In this document: positions 24,701 to 37,385 of the stretch, piece after piece
How the letters are laid out: each line of letters begins with the position of its first letter
Position numbering within the stretch: position 1 is the first letter of the stretch
Source: Antechinus flavipes
Lineage: Eukaryota
Reading direction: 5' to 3'
DNA length: 64,000 nt
Assembly (NCBI RefSeq): GCF_016432865.1
Contig: NC_067399.1
Span: forward strand, 660,982,001 to 661,046,000
Made by a program: the position numbers and the translations under genes
Notes under the pieces: generated by a model
Told to the model about the DNA's origin: nothing
What the model saw: only the letters and a program-made list of their open reading frames with translations
Databases searched by the model: none

Positions 24701-26109
24701 GAAAGGAGGGCAGCAGAACAAACATCTTTCATTGAGTAGCCACTGATTCCAAACATAAATGCACACACCCTCACTGTCACTTAAAGAACCACACCTCAGG
24801 ACTCTTCAAAAGGAATTCCTAAGCTCCCCAAGTCTTTTCTTAGTCCACTGTTCTCTATTGGTTAAATGTTGTGGGGAAAGAGCAGTGTAATAATACTTCT
24901 GTGTGTCTGTGTATATGAGTTTATGTGAGGAGCTTTGTATTTAAGTGCAGGGCAAAAACTACTTCAATCTATTTTATTTATCAGAATATAACTCAATCAA
25001 TGAAAAAACTTCAAATGCAGTAGGAAAAGTCTTTATATCATTGAATTAAGTGAAATGAGTTCACAAAAGTTTGTTCAAGTTGTCTGGGGGTGTTGTAATT
25101 CCTTCTCTGTACTGTATAAAAGTACCAAATTGGGTAAAATGAAGAATCTAGAACCTGGAGTATATGCTTTTCCAGAACATCTGTAGAGAACAAAGATAAT
25201 ATTGAAGTGTGATAGAAGAGGAAGACAATCAAGAAGATCCATTCAGCTTATAAAAATATAGGAGCAGAAGATTTAAACTAATGAAAGTATCAAGAAAAAG
25301 TCAGTATCCCCCACCTAGAGACTGTTTACAGACAGTTTAATGTAGTTTGCCCTTTCATTAATCAAACATTTCCAGTACATTGAGTTTTACCTCAATCACA
25401 GAGACCAGAGATTAACTAGAAATAGATGTAATTGTATAGTTAGGCAGAGTTCTCAAGCTCTGCCTAAATGTAAGGAATTTTTCCAACTGGGAACTTAAAA
25501 ATGACTAGACTCACAATTGTTTGTCTTAAATACATTTCCTAAAGTCAAAGAGAAAAGAGCCACACACCCATAGGGGTAATTTTATTTTCCTTTAGGCTTA
25601 ACATAACTTGTTATTGTTAAGAAAGCAATAGCTCCATTCCATAAAATGCATGCGTGTACATATTTGTATATAGATAGATAGATAGATATTATTAGTCATA
25701 TATATGCTATATACATACATGTATATATATATATATATATATGTTTATGTGTAATTTTATATGTATGTGTACATATTTTTAACTTGAGTTTTCTGATTTC
25801 CTACAAAGAAAGACACACAGCTTTGCCCCTGATCTGTCAAGCAATGCAAAAATAAATCTTTACATTTCTCTACTATTTCCATGCCATTTCTCTTCTGCAA
25901 GACGAGAGTAAATCCTCTGTAGTCCCCATTGTCCTCTGAGGCTGACATCCCTTCCTTCTCTATCCCATCTCTTACTTTTCTAGTCAGCATCAGCTCCCAG
26001 CCCTGCCCATATCCAGCCTTTCAAGGGATGTGATATATTCTCTTTAGATACACAAAGGAGAGAGAAGTTATAAAAGGAGAAAAGGCTAATAGAACCATAT
26101 AAAAATAAT

Positions 26110-26290
26110 AAAATGAATTTAGAACTGGATTTGCACTTTGGAGGCCATTGAACTAATTTCCCTCATTCTACAGAAGTGAACATTGAGGCAAAGAAAAACT
26201 GTGACTTGCCCAGCATTTCACAGCTAGGTAGGACATGGCCAAGATGAAACTTGAACTTGAACTTGACTCTTTCTAATTCCAACTTCAATG
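26110..26290 (-). mobile_element. MIR relic
   Basis: ctacagaagtgaacattgaggcaaagaaaaactgtgacttgcccagc...cagctagg. Confidence 0.6.
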
Positions 26291-26502
26291 CCTATTCACT
26301 CTACCATATTGCTTTTCACACTAATTTAAATTTGAGATTTCCTGTTCCTAGAATCAACATTAGAAATTTAGTCCTGGCTGTGTATTGTAAAGTAGACAGC
26401 TTGGGAAAAACTTTCTCTTGTATGAGTGCCTCTGAAGTGCTGCAAGAGTGAGCTATGAATTCATCATAGTGCAGAGAGATTATTTTTTGAGAAGCAGCTT
26501 AG

Positions 26503-27341
26503 GAATGTTGGAGGGGATGTGGGAAAACAGGGACACTGGTACATTGTTGGTGGAATTGTGAACACATCCAGCCATCCTGGAGAGCAATTTGGAACTATGC
26601 TCAAAAAGTTATCAGACTGTGCATACCCTTTGATCCAGCAGTGTTTCTACTGGGCTTATACCCCAAAGAGATACTAAAGAATGGAAAGGGAACTGTATGT
26701 GCCAAAATGTTTGTAGCAGCCCTGTTTGTAGTGGCTAGAAGCTGGAAAATGAATGGATGCCCATCCATTGGAGAATGGTTGAGTAAATTGTGGTATATGA
26801 ATGTTATGGAATATTATTGTTCTGTAAGGAATGACCAGTAGGATGAATACAGAGAGGACTGGCGAGACTTACATGAACTGATGCTAAGTGAAATGAGCAG
26901 AACCAAGAGATCGTTATATACCTCAACAATGATACTGTATGAGGATGTATTCTGATGGAAGTGGATCTCTTCGATAGAGCTAATTCAGTTTCAATTGATC
27001 AAGGATGGACAGAAGCAGCTACACCCAAATAAACAACATTAGGAAATGAATATAAAGTGCTTGCAGTTTTGTTTTTCTTCCTGGGTTATTTACACCTTCT
27101 GAATCCAATTCTCCCTGTGCAACAAGAGAACTGTTCGGTTCTGCACATATATATTGTATCTAGGATATACTGTAACCTATTTAACATGTAAAAGACTACT
27201 TGCCATCGGGGGGACGGGGTGGAGGGAAGGAGGGGAAAAATCGAAACAGAAGTGAATGCAAGGGATAATGTTGTAAAAAATTACCCTGGCATGGGTTCTG
27301 TCAATAAAAAGTTATTAAAATAGAATAAAAAATAAATAAAA
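26503..27341 (+). mobile_element. 5'-truncated young marsupial L1 (subtype A)
   Basis: ORF2 C-terminal peptide (ORF 26641-26841, premature TAG), 3'UTR and tail. 14-bp TSD GAGAAGCAGCTTAG at 26489-26502 and 27342-27355. Confidence 0.97.
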
Positions 27342-30300
27342 GAGAAGCAGCTTAGAAGGTTGGATGATTGGACATAGCCTTATTTAGCACATGCTCATCC
27401 AAGTAGATGTTTGTTCATTTGTACAGATTTCCTTCATCTTCAACTTTAGCAACAGAATGAGAAAGTACAGTAGCTGATGTTTAGCAGTTAATGTAAGTTC
27501 TGTGTCTATAATCAACTACAATAATTTAGACTAGAAAATCAGAAATCAACTATTTTGTTGAATCTAGTCAGTCTAAATTGGATCTAAGCCTATTTGCACA
27601 CTCAGATTCAGAGAATATGGACATTTACTATTTCTTGGCCTTGATTATCTTCCACTCCCTTAAGTTCCCTGGACCTCATTTTTTTTTATCTGTAAAATTA
27701 AGTACTTTCGCGTCTAGGATTATAGTTGGGGTAAGGAGTGGGCTTAACCATTATTAATAATTATGATCAGTTGCTTCATCCATACAATGAGAGGATTGGA
27801 ATAGATGGCCTCTGAGGTATCTTCTTAACTCTTGATAAGTAGTCTCTGACCTTCATCAAAAGTCAAAAACGCTAGAATACTAAAGGTATACCTTTCCCTA
27901 TATACTCTACCTTTCCAAGGGTGTAATTCCTCAGGTAAATGTTAAACTCATAAAGTTCAAATAAATTCAAAAGTCACTCAAATTAGATATCATGTCCCTG
28001 TACCAAGGGCTGAATTAATAAATAGATTGTCTGAAAACACAGACCATTAAACCAAAGGTTAAACTTTTTTAAGGGATGAAATATGGCCTTAACATTTAAA
28101 GTCCTAAGGCAATATTTTTGCATAGACCCACTCAAACATGCCTGCCTGAACACCCGTTTTTCCACAAAGGCAGAAAGTCCTATCTCTATCAGTTGCCCAA
28201 GCCAGCTACTGAGCTGACACAACCCATGATTTACTTTCTCTCTCCACTAAGGTCAACAACAGCCACAAAACAATGAAATTAATGGAATGCTAAAATGATT
28301 GTTCTAGACTTCCCCAGAAACTCATTGAGAAATCTCTTATCCCTGAAAAACTAAAAGATCTGGCTGAAGAGAGAGTACTCCCCTGAAAAACAGAAGGGAG
28401 GAAGCAACAGGACATAATTTCCATCCTATTTTGTTGAAATGTCAATGGCTTAGCAACCCAAAATGGCATCCAGTCAAAAGAGAGTGGGAAATCTCAGTCT
28501 TTTTATTCTTATTTTTGATCCATCAAACCCTTATCAAACCGTAATCAGTTTGGCTTTCAAGAATCTTGCGTCCAGTCTGGAAGGATCATATGGGTTAAGC
28601 ACCCATCAGTGAAGCAACTCTTTTCCCCCAAGAGGAAGAAATCCCTGCTTGCTTTAAAAAATTCTACCATGGAATTCATTTTTTTTTAATTTACAAACTC
28701 CAGAGATGTAGAATTCCATGTATTCTATCAAGAAAGCCAGCACAGCTATGATGCAATGGATAGAATACTGACCTTGAAGCCATTCCAGTCCTGACTGACA
28801 CAACAGAGAACAAAAGAATTAGCTACAGTCCCTAATACATTCTAGGATAAAAGAACTAGAACTTGAAAATACATAAAGAAAAGGAAATGTTCAGAAAAAT
28901 TTCTAGTCCCTGTCCCCCATTTTCCAAATGTATAGACTGAGATCAAGGCCAAGAATGCTAAATGATTTCTCAAAATTCACGTGCATTTTACAAATGTCAA
29001 AGACAACATTTGAACTCTGGTTTTCTGACTCCACTATAGCAACTCATTCTTTGAGATTTGCAAAACAATTCATATATTGTAATCATCTCATCTGAGCCTC
29101 ATAATTCTGTGGGGTATTGACTGCGAATAAAATTATCTCCATTTTTTATATACTTCCCCATATTTACCCTGTTATCCTGCCTATGTGACTTCACTTATGT
29201 CTAGAAATCCTTTCCCCAAATCGTTTCCCTACAATTTCTACCTATTGAAACCCTTTAAAATTCAGCTTAAAATCATCTCCATGTAGCCTTCCTTGGTACA
29301 GATTCTTTTCCAAAACCCCGAATCATTCATCATCATCATCATAACTACCATTATCACCATCATCATCATCATCAAATGCTAATATCAATTCTATGACCAT
29401 GGGCAAAGTACTGTCTCTAGTCAGAGAATCTTGGATTCGAATCCTATCTGTGATGTTTAGCATAGATATCACCTTGGGCAGCTCATAATCTAACTGATTT
29501 TAATGTCCTTGAATTTAATCTAAATGGTCTTTGAGGTCACTTCCAAGTCTATACTTCTAGTCTACTTAAGGTCTATAGTATGCTTTGCTTACATTATCTC
29601 TTTTAAAACTCACAAAAATCTTGTAAAGGAGGTAATAAAGAATTCTACAAATGAGAAAACTGATGCACAGTAAAGTGGGTAAAATTGTCAGGGAGAATTT
29701 GAATCTATGTCTTTCTTGAATCTAAGACCACAACTCTAACCATTAAGCAATTTTGTCCTCCTGGACATCCTGTCCAAATCTCAGACCTCACATTTAGCAC
29801 TCACTTTATATTTCTTCTGTACATTTATATGGTATCATTTCTTCAATATTTGTCATATATTATATACATGTTATATTATATATGTCATGTGTTTATATGT
29901 ATATATACATGTTATAGCTAAATGTTTTATCCCCCTACAAGACCACAAGGTTTTATGAGAGCAAATCTTTACTGCCTTTATCTTTGTCTCATTTTCTTAG
30001 GAGGCCTTTAAGTAGAGTTTGAACTACCTGATGTTAAGTATGTTCTTGTGAAGATGTCACTCAGATTTGACTTGTAATAGAGAAGAACAATAGCTATCAT
30101 GGATAATTGCTTTAAGGCTGGCAAAGTACTCTACAATTAGCTCATACGATCCTCACAACAGCTTCAGGAAGTAGGGGCTATTATTTTTCTCATTTTATAG
30201 ATGAGGTAAAAGAAACTAAAGGAAACTAAGTGTGAAAATGGTTGGCTTGTCAAAGTCACACAACTCGTAAATGTCTGAGAGAATATTTGGACTCAAAACT

Positions 30301-30349
30301 TAATGACCAAGTCTAGCTTTTCTTTGCTGCACCAACTACCTGCTTGTTG

Positions 30350-30870
30350 AGGTTATATTCCAACTCTCAAGTTCTGGGGAATCCCCTAGACCTAGTCCAA
30401 TGTTCTGTCTACTTTGAACTCTTAATGCTTAAAGTTGACTGGAGACATACGAACTAGGATGCCAAATATAAGTGAAAGGAATCATGGGTCATTCAGTGAA
30501 AACAATCCAGTGATGGGGATTAGGAAACATGATTCTACTGAAATTTTTTCAGCTTGTTTTAAGCGAGACAATACTGAAAGCAATAGCACACATGTGACTT
30601 ATTTAGGATAAATGATTAATTAGCAGTATTCTCTCCCTCACTCTGGGCAGTTTTTTTCTTTCAGTATCTCAAGTTCCCCACAAGCAATCTAGGCAGCCAT
30701 GTCACACAGCATTCACTCATCATGCTGAGCTTGTAAACCTGCTAACATCAAGAGAGGTTCTTTACATAAACTGTTATTTTAAGCATGCCTTTTTCTTCTT
30801 ACTTGCGAATTTTGCTTCAACCTATGTGTGACATTACATGGGTTAATTACTTTTGGTCCATTATTTCAAT
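30350..30870 (-). mobile_element. L3/CR1 relic
   Basis: Antisense L3 phrases: catgctgagcttgtaaacctgctaac...tttacataaactgtt...ttttggtccattatttcaa. Confidence 0.55.
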
Positions 30871-30879
30871 AAAAGTTTA

Positions 30880-31025
30880 TTAACCTATGTTTTAGGAACC
30901 TTTTTTAAAAAATACTAATTGTCTATATAATCAGTTTTCTTTATAATCCTATGTGTCTTCTGCATTTAAAAATATTATTCCCAGATGACAGCTATATTTT
31001 TCACCAAACTGCCAAAGGTCCATGA
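30880..31025. mobile_element. hAT-Charlie (Charlie4-like) MITE fragment
   Basis: tataatcctatgtg...tgcatttaaaaatattatt...caccaaactgccaaaggtccatga is homologous to 35515-35691. Confidence 0.6.
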
Positions 31026-31186
31026 TTCTTTTATGTTGATGAGATCTATTTGGATTCTAATAGTGGAATAGTTACCAAATCCTAGCCTTATATGATCTAT
31101 AAATGTGAGATTTATATTTATACACGGGAAGTACCTCTGGGTGACTGATCTTTTTTTAAATCAGATAATCTAAGACTTTCACAATT

Positions 31187-31440
31187 GGGCACCCTCATGG
31201 CACAGTGGATAGAATGCTGGGCTTCATTTCAAGAAGGTCCAAGTTCAAATCCAAACTCAGATGTTAACTATGAAATCCTAGGCAAATTATTTACCTCCGT
31301 CTGCTTCAATTTCCTCAACTATAAAATAAAGAAAATAATAGCATCTTCCAGGTGTGTTGTGGGGATCAAGTAAAATAATGATTATACCATGCTTAGCACA
31401 GTGCCTGACATAGAATTGCTTATTAAATGCTTATTTCCTT
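31187..31440 (+). mobile_element. Near-full-length CORE-SINE with L2-type tail (MIR/Ther-type)
   Basis: A/B-box-like head (tggcacagtggatagaatgc; ttcaaatcc), CORE, and tail cttagcacagtgcctgacatag...ttaaatgcttatttcc. Confidence 0.8.
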
Positions 31441-31489
31441 CCTTCTTTTCTCCTTTGGGAAGGATATCAGAGGCATTTAAAGCTTATTT

Positions 31490-31830
31490 CATTCTATTAT
31501 CCTCCATATTCCCGATGATCCAATTTAATTGGATCCCCAAATCTACTCTCACTCTTTCTACCTCTCTGACTTTGTTCACACTACTTCCTGTGCTAGAATG
31601 TCTTCCTTCCCCCATATTATCTACTAATTCCCTATCCATCTTTTAAAGAAAGTCCATCTCAGATGTCAACTTCTCCAAGAAATTTTCTCTGTTCCTGGGT
31701 TGGCAATTATCCCCTCCCTCCCCTCCAGACCTCACATAGCTTCTTTATTTTCATCTCTCTAGTGTACCTAATAGGTAATATTGTATTTCAGAGCTATAAA
31801 GACAAGGGGTCTTATTCTTTTCCAACTACT
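31490..31830 (+). mobile_element. L2 3' fragment
   Basis: cttcctgtgctagaatgtcttcc...cagatgtcaacttctccaagaa...ataaagacaagggg. Confidence 0.6.
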
Positions 31831-32066
31831 ATTATAATAACAATTAGCTCTTTAAGATTTACAAAATGTATTATAAATATTGTCCCAAATGATTGATCCT
31901 CACAACAATCTTGTGACATAGGTTCTATTATTACCTCTATTTTTTAGATGAAGAAACTGATACAGGTTGAATAAATTACTTAAGATCATACAGCCGATAG
32001 ATTTATAAAGCAAGAATCAATCCAAGTCTCCCAAGTCCGAGGACTGAACTACAATTTCATCTTTTT

Positions 32067-32260
32067 GTTGTTGTTGTTCTGATCTTTGTTCTCAAAGACA
32101 ACCATCACATCAGGGAGGTGATGCCATGATAGGCAAGTGAACTGAACTTAAGTAAGGGAGGAGTATACAAGGTCACCAGCCTCTCTTTCTCCCCTCCCTA
32201 GCCCTGTGAGTCCAGCAACAAGATATAGATCAAGATGACTGGAGATGGTCCTGGATGCAA
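32067..32260 (-). mobile_element. Marsupial RTE-related SINE
   Basis: (GTT)n, then ctttgttctcaaagacaaccatcacatcagggaggtgatgccatg...gactggagatggtcctggatgca. Reverse complement of the 9835 copy. Confidence 0.8.
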
Positions 32261-34744
32261 TTACTTAATAAATGTCTATCTTTTTATCTTATTAAATGAA
32301 ACTCCAAAAGTGTAGGGACTGTGTGTCATGGAGAGACTTGCTCTCTCTCCCTGTGTCTGAAACAGTATTCTTCCTGTAGGGATTGGTTTAAAAAAGCTGT
32401 GTTGAATGAATGAACAAATGTTTGAAGTGGAACGAGGAGTAGAGAAAAGAAGTAGAGATTAGATAAAGAAGTATATAGATTACAAGAGGTAGAACATTCT
32501 TTTGTCATAGTACAAAAAAAACAAAATTATTTGAAAGTTCAATAATAGTTATCTTATCCCCAAATTGTAGCTCACCCAAGGCTTATAATGGGAAAGAAAT
32601 AAATGACTTTTTGTAGATTCAGACACTTTGGGGTGTGGGAGTATTGTTCCTCATATAATACCCTCTCCCAATATCTTGGAGTGTGGGTGTTAACAAAGAA
32701 ATCTTTGAGGAGGAATAGATAGTAGTTGGTGGCAAAGTGCAGCCCAGGAGATTTATAGAGCCCTGTGGAATCACATACAAAAGGCTTGGTCTGGCTTGTG
32801 AATATTGGAGCCAATCAACCTCACTTACAGGCATATGTATTGTTTTTAATCTTTCATTATCAAAAGAGACATAGAATGGCTTAAATTCTTGAATTTAGAA
32901 ATAAAGACAGCGAAGTGGTAAAGTGAATAGAGTGCTAGGCTTGTAATCAGGAAGAACTGAACTGAAAACCTATTTCAAGACACTCAGTAGCTATATGACC
33001 TTGGATAAGTTCTCTCAGCTTCAGATTCTTTGTGTATAACATTGAACCTTAAGACTTGGGTTCAGATTATGATTCTGTTTTGAGTGACCTCAGACAAATG
33101 ATTTTTTGTCTCTCAGAACATGTTTCCTCAACCGAAAATAGGAGATTGTCCTTCTGATTTGCCTTCTGGCCATAAATCTTAGCATCCCCATGAACAAGAT
33201 TCCAGGGAATAGACCAAACAAAAAGTAGTCAGGGCTCGAGAAGTATTAATTAGCCACTAAAAGCTAAAATGATCTGAAAATCTGAAAATGATCCATATTT
33301 CACTGTATCTTCTCTCTTACCCTTCCCAACATAGTTGATTAAACTATCTGGGACACAGAGTGGAAGCTTAGCAGCTGTCAGTCAAATGTTCATCTTCTCT
33401 AACACTTTAAGTTGATCTCTTTTCAAGTCTGTGGTTCTCTTTAAAGTCTCTAGGAGCTTTCCAACAAAAGGGATTGAGACAAAGATTGACAAAAATGAAA
33501 ACCTTGCTGAATATGCATATTCATGAACCCCTTTCCAATCCACACCTATTATTCGGTTTTCCAAGATGGGCCCTACATCTTGTGAAAACAATTTGCCCTT
33601 CTCTTATTTCATATGGAAAAACAAATGGGAGAGATACTGGTTGATTTTTATATTACGGAAGAAGAAATTCATGGCAATGGCTGCCTCAATAAATCCTAAT
33701 TGAATTAGCTCATATTAGCATGTGAAAGTGATCAAGATGAAATGGGTTGGAGGGGAAGAAGTTAGAGGGGGGGCAATGCAAAATGAATGCAAATGATTTG
33801 CTTCTAGGAGATCTAATTGAATAAAGGGGAGGATTGAATTAACTAGGGAAGAATTAAGTGGAAATGACTATAATTCCTAGACAGTGCACCATGTGAATAA
33901 AATAGACTTATAACAACAGGCATCTCAAGGTAGTTTTCCCCCCTCACCTAGAAGCACAAATTTGTAGGAACAAAGAGGTCTGGATGGTTCTAACAACTGT
34001 CTAATTGCAGCTGTCTTATTTATTCGGCCTTTCCAATGACCACAATGAAAGGAATATATTGAATATGAATAATTGGCTTACCACAACATTCTCCCGGGGG
34101 TAAAATTGATATAACTCTTTAAGGCTTATATTAGAGAAGTTGTGAGTGTGAGAGGCCGGGGAGCAGGCTGATGAGGTCTAGACTCAGGCTCTGAAGATGA
34201 ATCCTGACTGTTATCAACAAAAGCTGCTTGAATGATGATATAAAGCTGAATGGACAATTCATAAAGCTGGTCTAACCATTCAGAGATGTGAGACAGATAT
34301 CATAGGTAAACAATAAATTGGGCCCAAAATTCAATGGGAATGGCAGCATCTTTGGGAATGTCTTCATTGAATTATGTCATGCTTTTATCCAGGGAACTAG
34401 ATGATAGAAGTCAATAAATTATTATATTAAAGATTGGCAACAGGAAGACATGTCCTAACTCTCCCTCCTACACTTGCTATGTGAGCCTGATCAATTTACT
34501 GATTCTCAGAATCAGTTTTCCCCTCTTTAAAATGGGGATAAAAATAACATTTGTGTCACAGGGTTGCAATGAGAATAAAATGAGATTTGATTGATAGATA
34601 AACAGATCAACAGGGAGACAGACAGGACAGAAAGACAGGGAGAGAGACAGACAGAATGATATAGATAGATAGATAGATAGGAGCGAGCTTTTTGGAAAAC
34701 ATACAGCTCTATGTGAATGTTAAGCTAGAAATAGAGTTAGTGAT

Positions 34745-35110
34745 ATTTCCCTTTTAAAGGGGACTTCTAAGGGAGGAAACTACCTCTATTAAAACAGATT
34801 AGTATCTTCTCTGCAACATAGTCTTAGACCCAATTTATTTGTTGTCATGAACTCCTTCAGCAATCTGGTAAAGCCTGGGGACCCCATTCTCAGAATAACT
34901 CTTCTTTTTTAATTCATAATTGTAAGAATGACAAAACTTTAGTCAAAAATGAATAGAAATAAACATGTAAGTTATTTTACTATCAGTGTTCACACTGAAA
35001 CCTATCCCTGGAATACTTGGAGATCCATGAACTCCAGGATAAGATCCTTTGTCTTAGAGAATTTCTTAAAGAATAAATGACTTGCCCCACATCATACAAT
35101 CAAGAAACCT
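34745..35110 (-). mobile_element. Marsupial CORE-SINE (Mar-type, GAGGGAGTTTCC 3' domain) split by a hAT MITE
   Basis: gaggaaactacctct...cttctctgcaacatagtcttaga [MITE] tcttagagaatttc...aatgacttgccccacatcatac. Confidence 0.7.
34830..35051. mobile_element. hAT-Charlie (Charlie4-like) MITE
   Basis: gcaatctggtaaagcctggggaccccattctcagaataa...ccatgaactccaggataagatcctttg. Flanked by TCTTAGAC (34822-34829) and TCTTAGAG (35052-35059), a 7/8 TSD. Confidence 0.75.
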
Positions 35111-35371
35111 GTAGCATATTAAAGGAGCTCTTCCCTACCTCCAGTCCCAAGTCCAAGGCGGGTTGATGGGAGACTTTGGGAAGAGTGTTGAAGGTGATGA
35201 TCTCTGGAGAACTGCAGTGTTAAGAGAAAACATGCACGAGGAGATATATAAAACTATACGCACATGTTTATGCACGGATGCGCATATATGCACAAACACA
35301 TGCATGTGTATATGTATACATATATACATGTATATTTTATGACATCTTATAAAGTGCTTTGCACACATTAA

Positions 35372-35770
35372 AGAGGTAGCATAATGTAATGGTTAGCAAG
35401 CCAGGCACAGCACCAGAAAGGCCTGAGTTCCAGTCTTATCTCTGACATGTTGTATCTCTGACTGTCTCTGAGCAAGTCATTTAACATCTCATTGTGCTAA
35501 GCATTTCTCTAAGACAGGGATTTTTAATGTGGGGTACACAGTTTTAAAAACAATATTTTGATAAGTTTGATTTCTTTTGTAATCTTATATATTTAATTTT
35601 ATGCATTTAAAATGTTTATCTTGAGAAAGGGGCCAATAGCGTCATCCAGTGGCTAATGGGGACTGTGATCCGATAGAGAGTAAAGTCACTGCGATAGAGA
35701 AGGTGCTGACCTGCACTGGTAGAGGGAGTTTCCTGACCAGCGGGTTCCCTGTACAATGAAATCATAGATC
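35372..35770 (+). mobile_element. Marsupial CORE-SINE (same family as 34745) split by a hAT MITE
   Basis: Head, CORE gcaagtcatttaacatctc...ctctaaga [MITE] ...agagaaggtgctgacctgcactggtagagggagtttcc...aatgaaatcatag. Confidence 0.8.
35515..35691. mobile_element. hAT-Charlie (Charlie4-like) MITE, different internal variant
   Basis: Starts CAGGGATTTTTAA. Internal tgtaatcttatatatttaattttatgcatttaaaatg...ttgagaaagggg. Preceded by CTCTAAGA (35507-35514); the right-hand TSD copy is degraded. Confidence 0.75.
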
Positions 35771-36429
35771 TGGCCTTTATCCCCATCTGGACATATATTA
35801 TTCCATTTAAATTTTTAACATGGCCATATTTTAAGGATGATAAATGTTAACCTCCCTATTTTGCAGAAGAGGAAACTTGTCCATGGTCACCCAAACAGAA
35901 AGCAGCAGACAAGATTATAATTGAGAGCTTCCTGGACTCCAGTGCATTGCACCAAGTCTCAATTTGATAGTCTGGGCTAGGTTGGACACAACTTCAGGTC
36001 CCTGGGCCTATGAGAAAGGGAAAATTGGAGTAGGTGAAATCCTAGAGGAGGAGGATCAAAGGGTCTTTGATTTGTACCAGGAAGAGACCTCAAATGCTCT
36101 CACGGCCAATCCAGTCAGTTTACCCAGGGGAAAACTGAAGTCCCCAAAGAGGAAGTGCCTTCTTCAAAGAAAAAGCTCCAACAACACAGGAAGCAGGATT
36201 TGCTGGCCTGGGGCCAACTGGGCACAAAAGAAAAAATGTTGGGCTTGGAACTAAGGGAGCCAGAGAGAGACACTATTTCTGCTGCTCTGGCAAGTTGTCT
36301 CCTCTGCCCAGACCCCTATTCCCTCTGCAGTACTTTACCTGAGATGCATCAGTGGCTTCTGAAACAAGCCTTGCTCTAGACCTACAGCCCAATCCAGTGC
36401 TTTTGCTACACATAAGAAGGACCAAAAAA

Positions 36430-36655
36430 ACAAAACACACACACATGTACAAACATATACACATATATTTATTCACAAACACACACACACATACACACAT
36501 GTATATGGACACACAAACACATATATACATATATTCATTCACAAACACACTACACATTCACATAATACACATGCACACATGCACACACATATACACACAT
36601 GAACATACATACACATATATGCACATATATAGACACAGACGTGCACACACACACT
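36430..36655. repeat. Degenerate CA/TA-rich low-complexity tract
   Basis: About 220 bp of interrupted (CA)n/(CATA)n. Confidence 0.85.
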
Positions 36656-37119
36656 CCCCAAACTTCATTATCCTTGCTCTCTTGTCATTGACAAACTTGT
36701 CAAAGACAACTTTCAATAACAAGAGAAGTTGAGGAAATAAATATTTCTTGCAGTATTAAAATCTCTACCATCAATTTTCAAAGCAACAGAGATTAAAGTG
36801 ATTATTCCCAAACACCCACATTGCCTTTCTCAGGGCATCTCATCTTCATTGGTACTACTACCTTGGACCTTGCTACCACAGCCAACTCAATGAAATTGCT
36901 TATTGGAATTAGTTTCTTTTTATCACAACATCACTATAAAACAAAACAGGTCCTCCGCTAAAAATCAGGCACAAGTGAAATAACATAAGGATGGGTAGGC
37001 TTGGAATGAATGAATTTTTCTTGGCCATCGCTTTCAGCTATTTCAAATCTGCCAAACTGAAGCCGAAAATGTGAAGATGGGGAATATGCAATCACAGTGT
37101 TATCCCACATAAATTAGGT

Positions 37120-37385
37120 GGCCCAGTGGATAGTTTGCCTGGCCTGGTCAGGAAGAACTGAGTACAAATATGACCTGAGGCACTTACATAGATCATGACT
37201 TTGGGCAAATAACTTACTCTGACTTGATTTCCTTAACTGCAAAATGAGGATAGTTATAGCACCTACTTGCCATGATTGTTGTGAGGATCAAATGAAATAA
37301 TATTTTTAAATGCTTATCAAAGTGCCTCAAACATAATAGATGCTATAAAAATATTAGCTATCATCATTAATCATCGTCATCATCA
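37120..37385 (+). mobile_element. CORE-SINE with L2-type tail (MIR/Ther-type)
   Basis: tttgggcaaataacttactc...ttccttaactgcaaaatgagg...gttgtgaggatcaaatgaaataat. Confidence 0.75.

Noticed and set aside
28250-28700. Possible pseudogene or endogenous viral element (IEKSLIPEKLKDLAEERVLP...)
   Set aside because: The open stretches are short, with stops in every frame and no viral or cellular motif that I can name.
35964-36379. Two overlapping GC-richer ORFs (96 and 74 aa) suggesting a frameshifted gene
   Set aside because: The central part (about 36065-36160) matches an antisense MIR3 pattern (ggaagagacctc...tttacccaggggaaaactgaagtccccaaagagg), and no protein motif is recognisable.
36273-36732. 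ORFs rich in H/T or C/V (also at 14115, 51985, 58548 and 61911)
   Set aside because: Produced by (CA)n/(TG)n low-complexity tracts.
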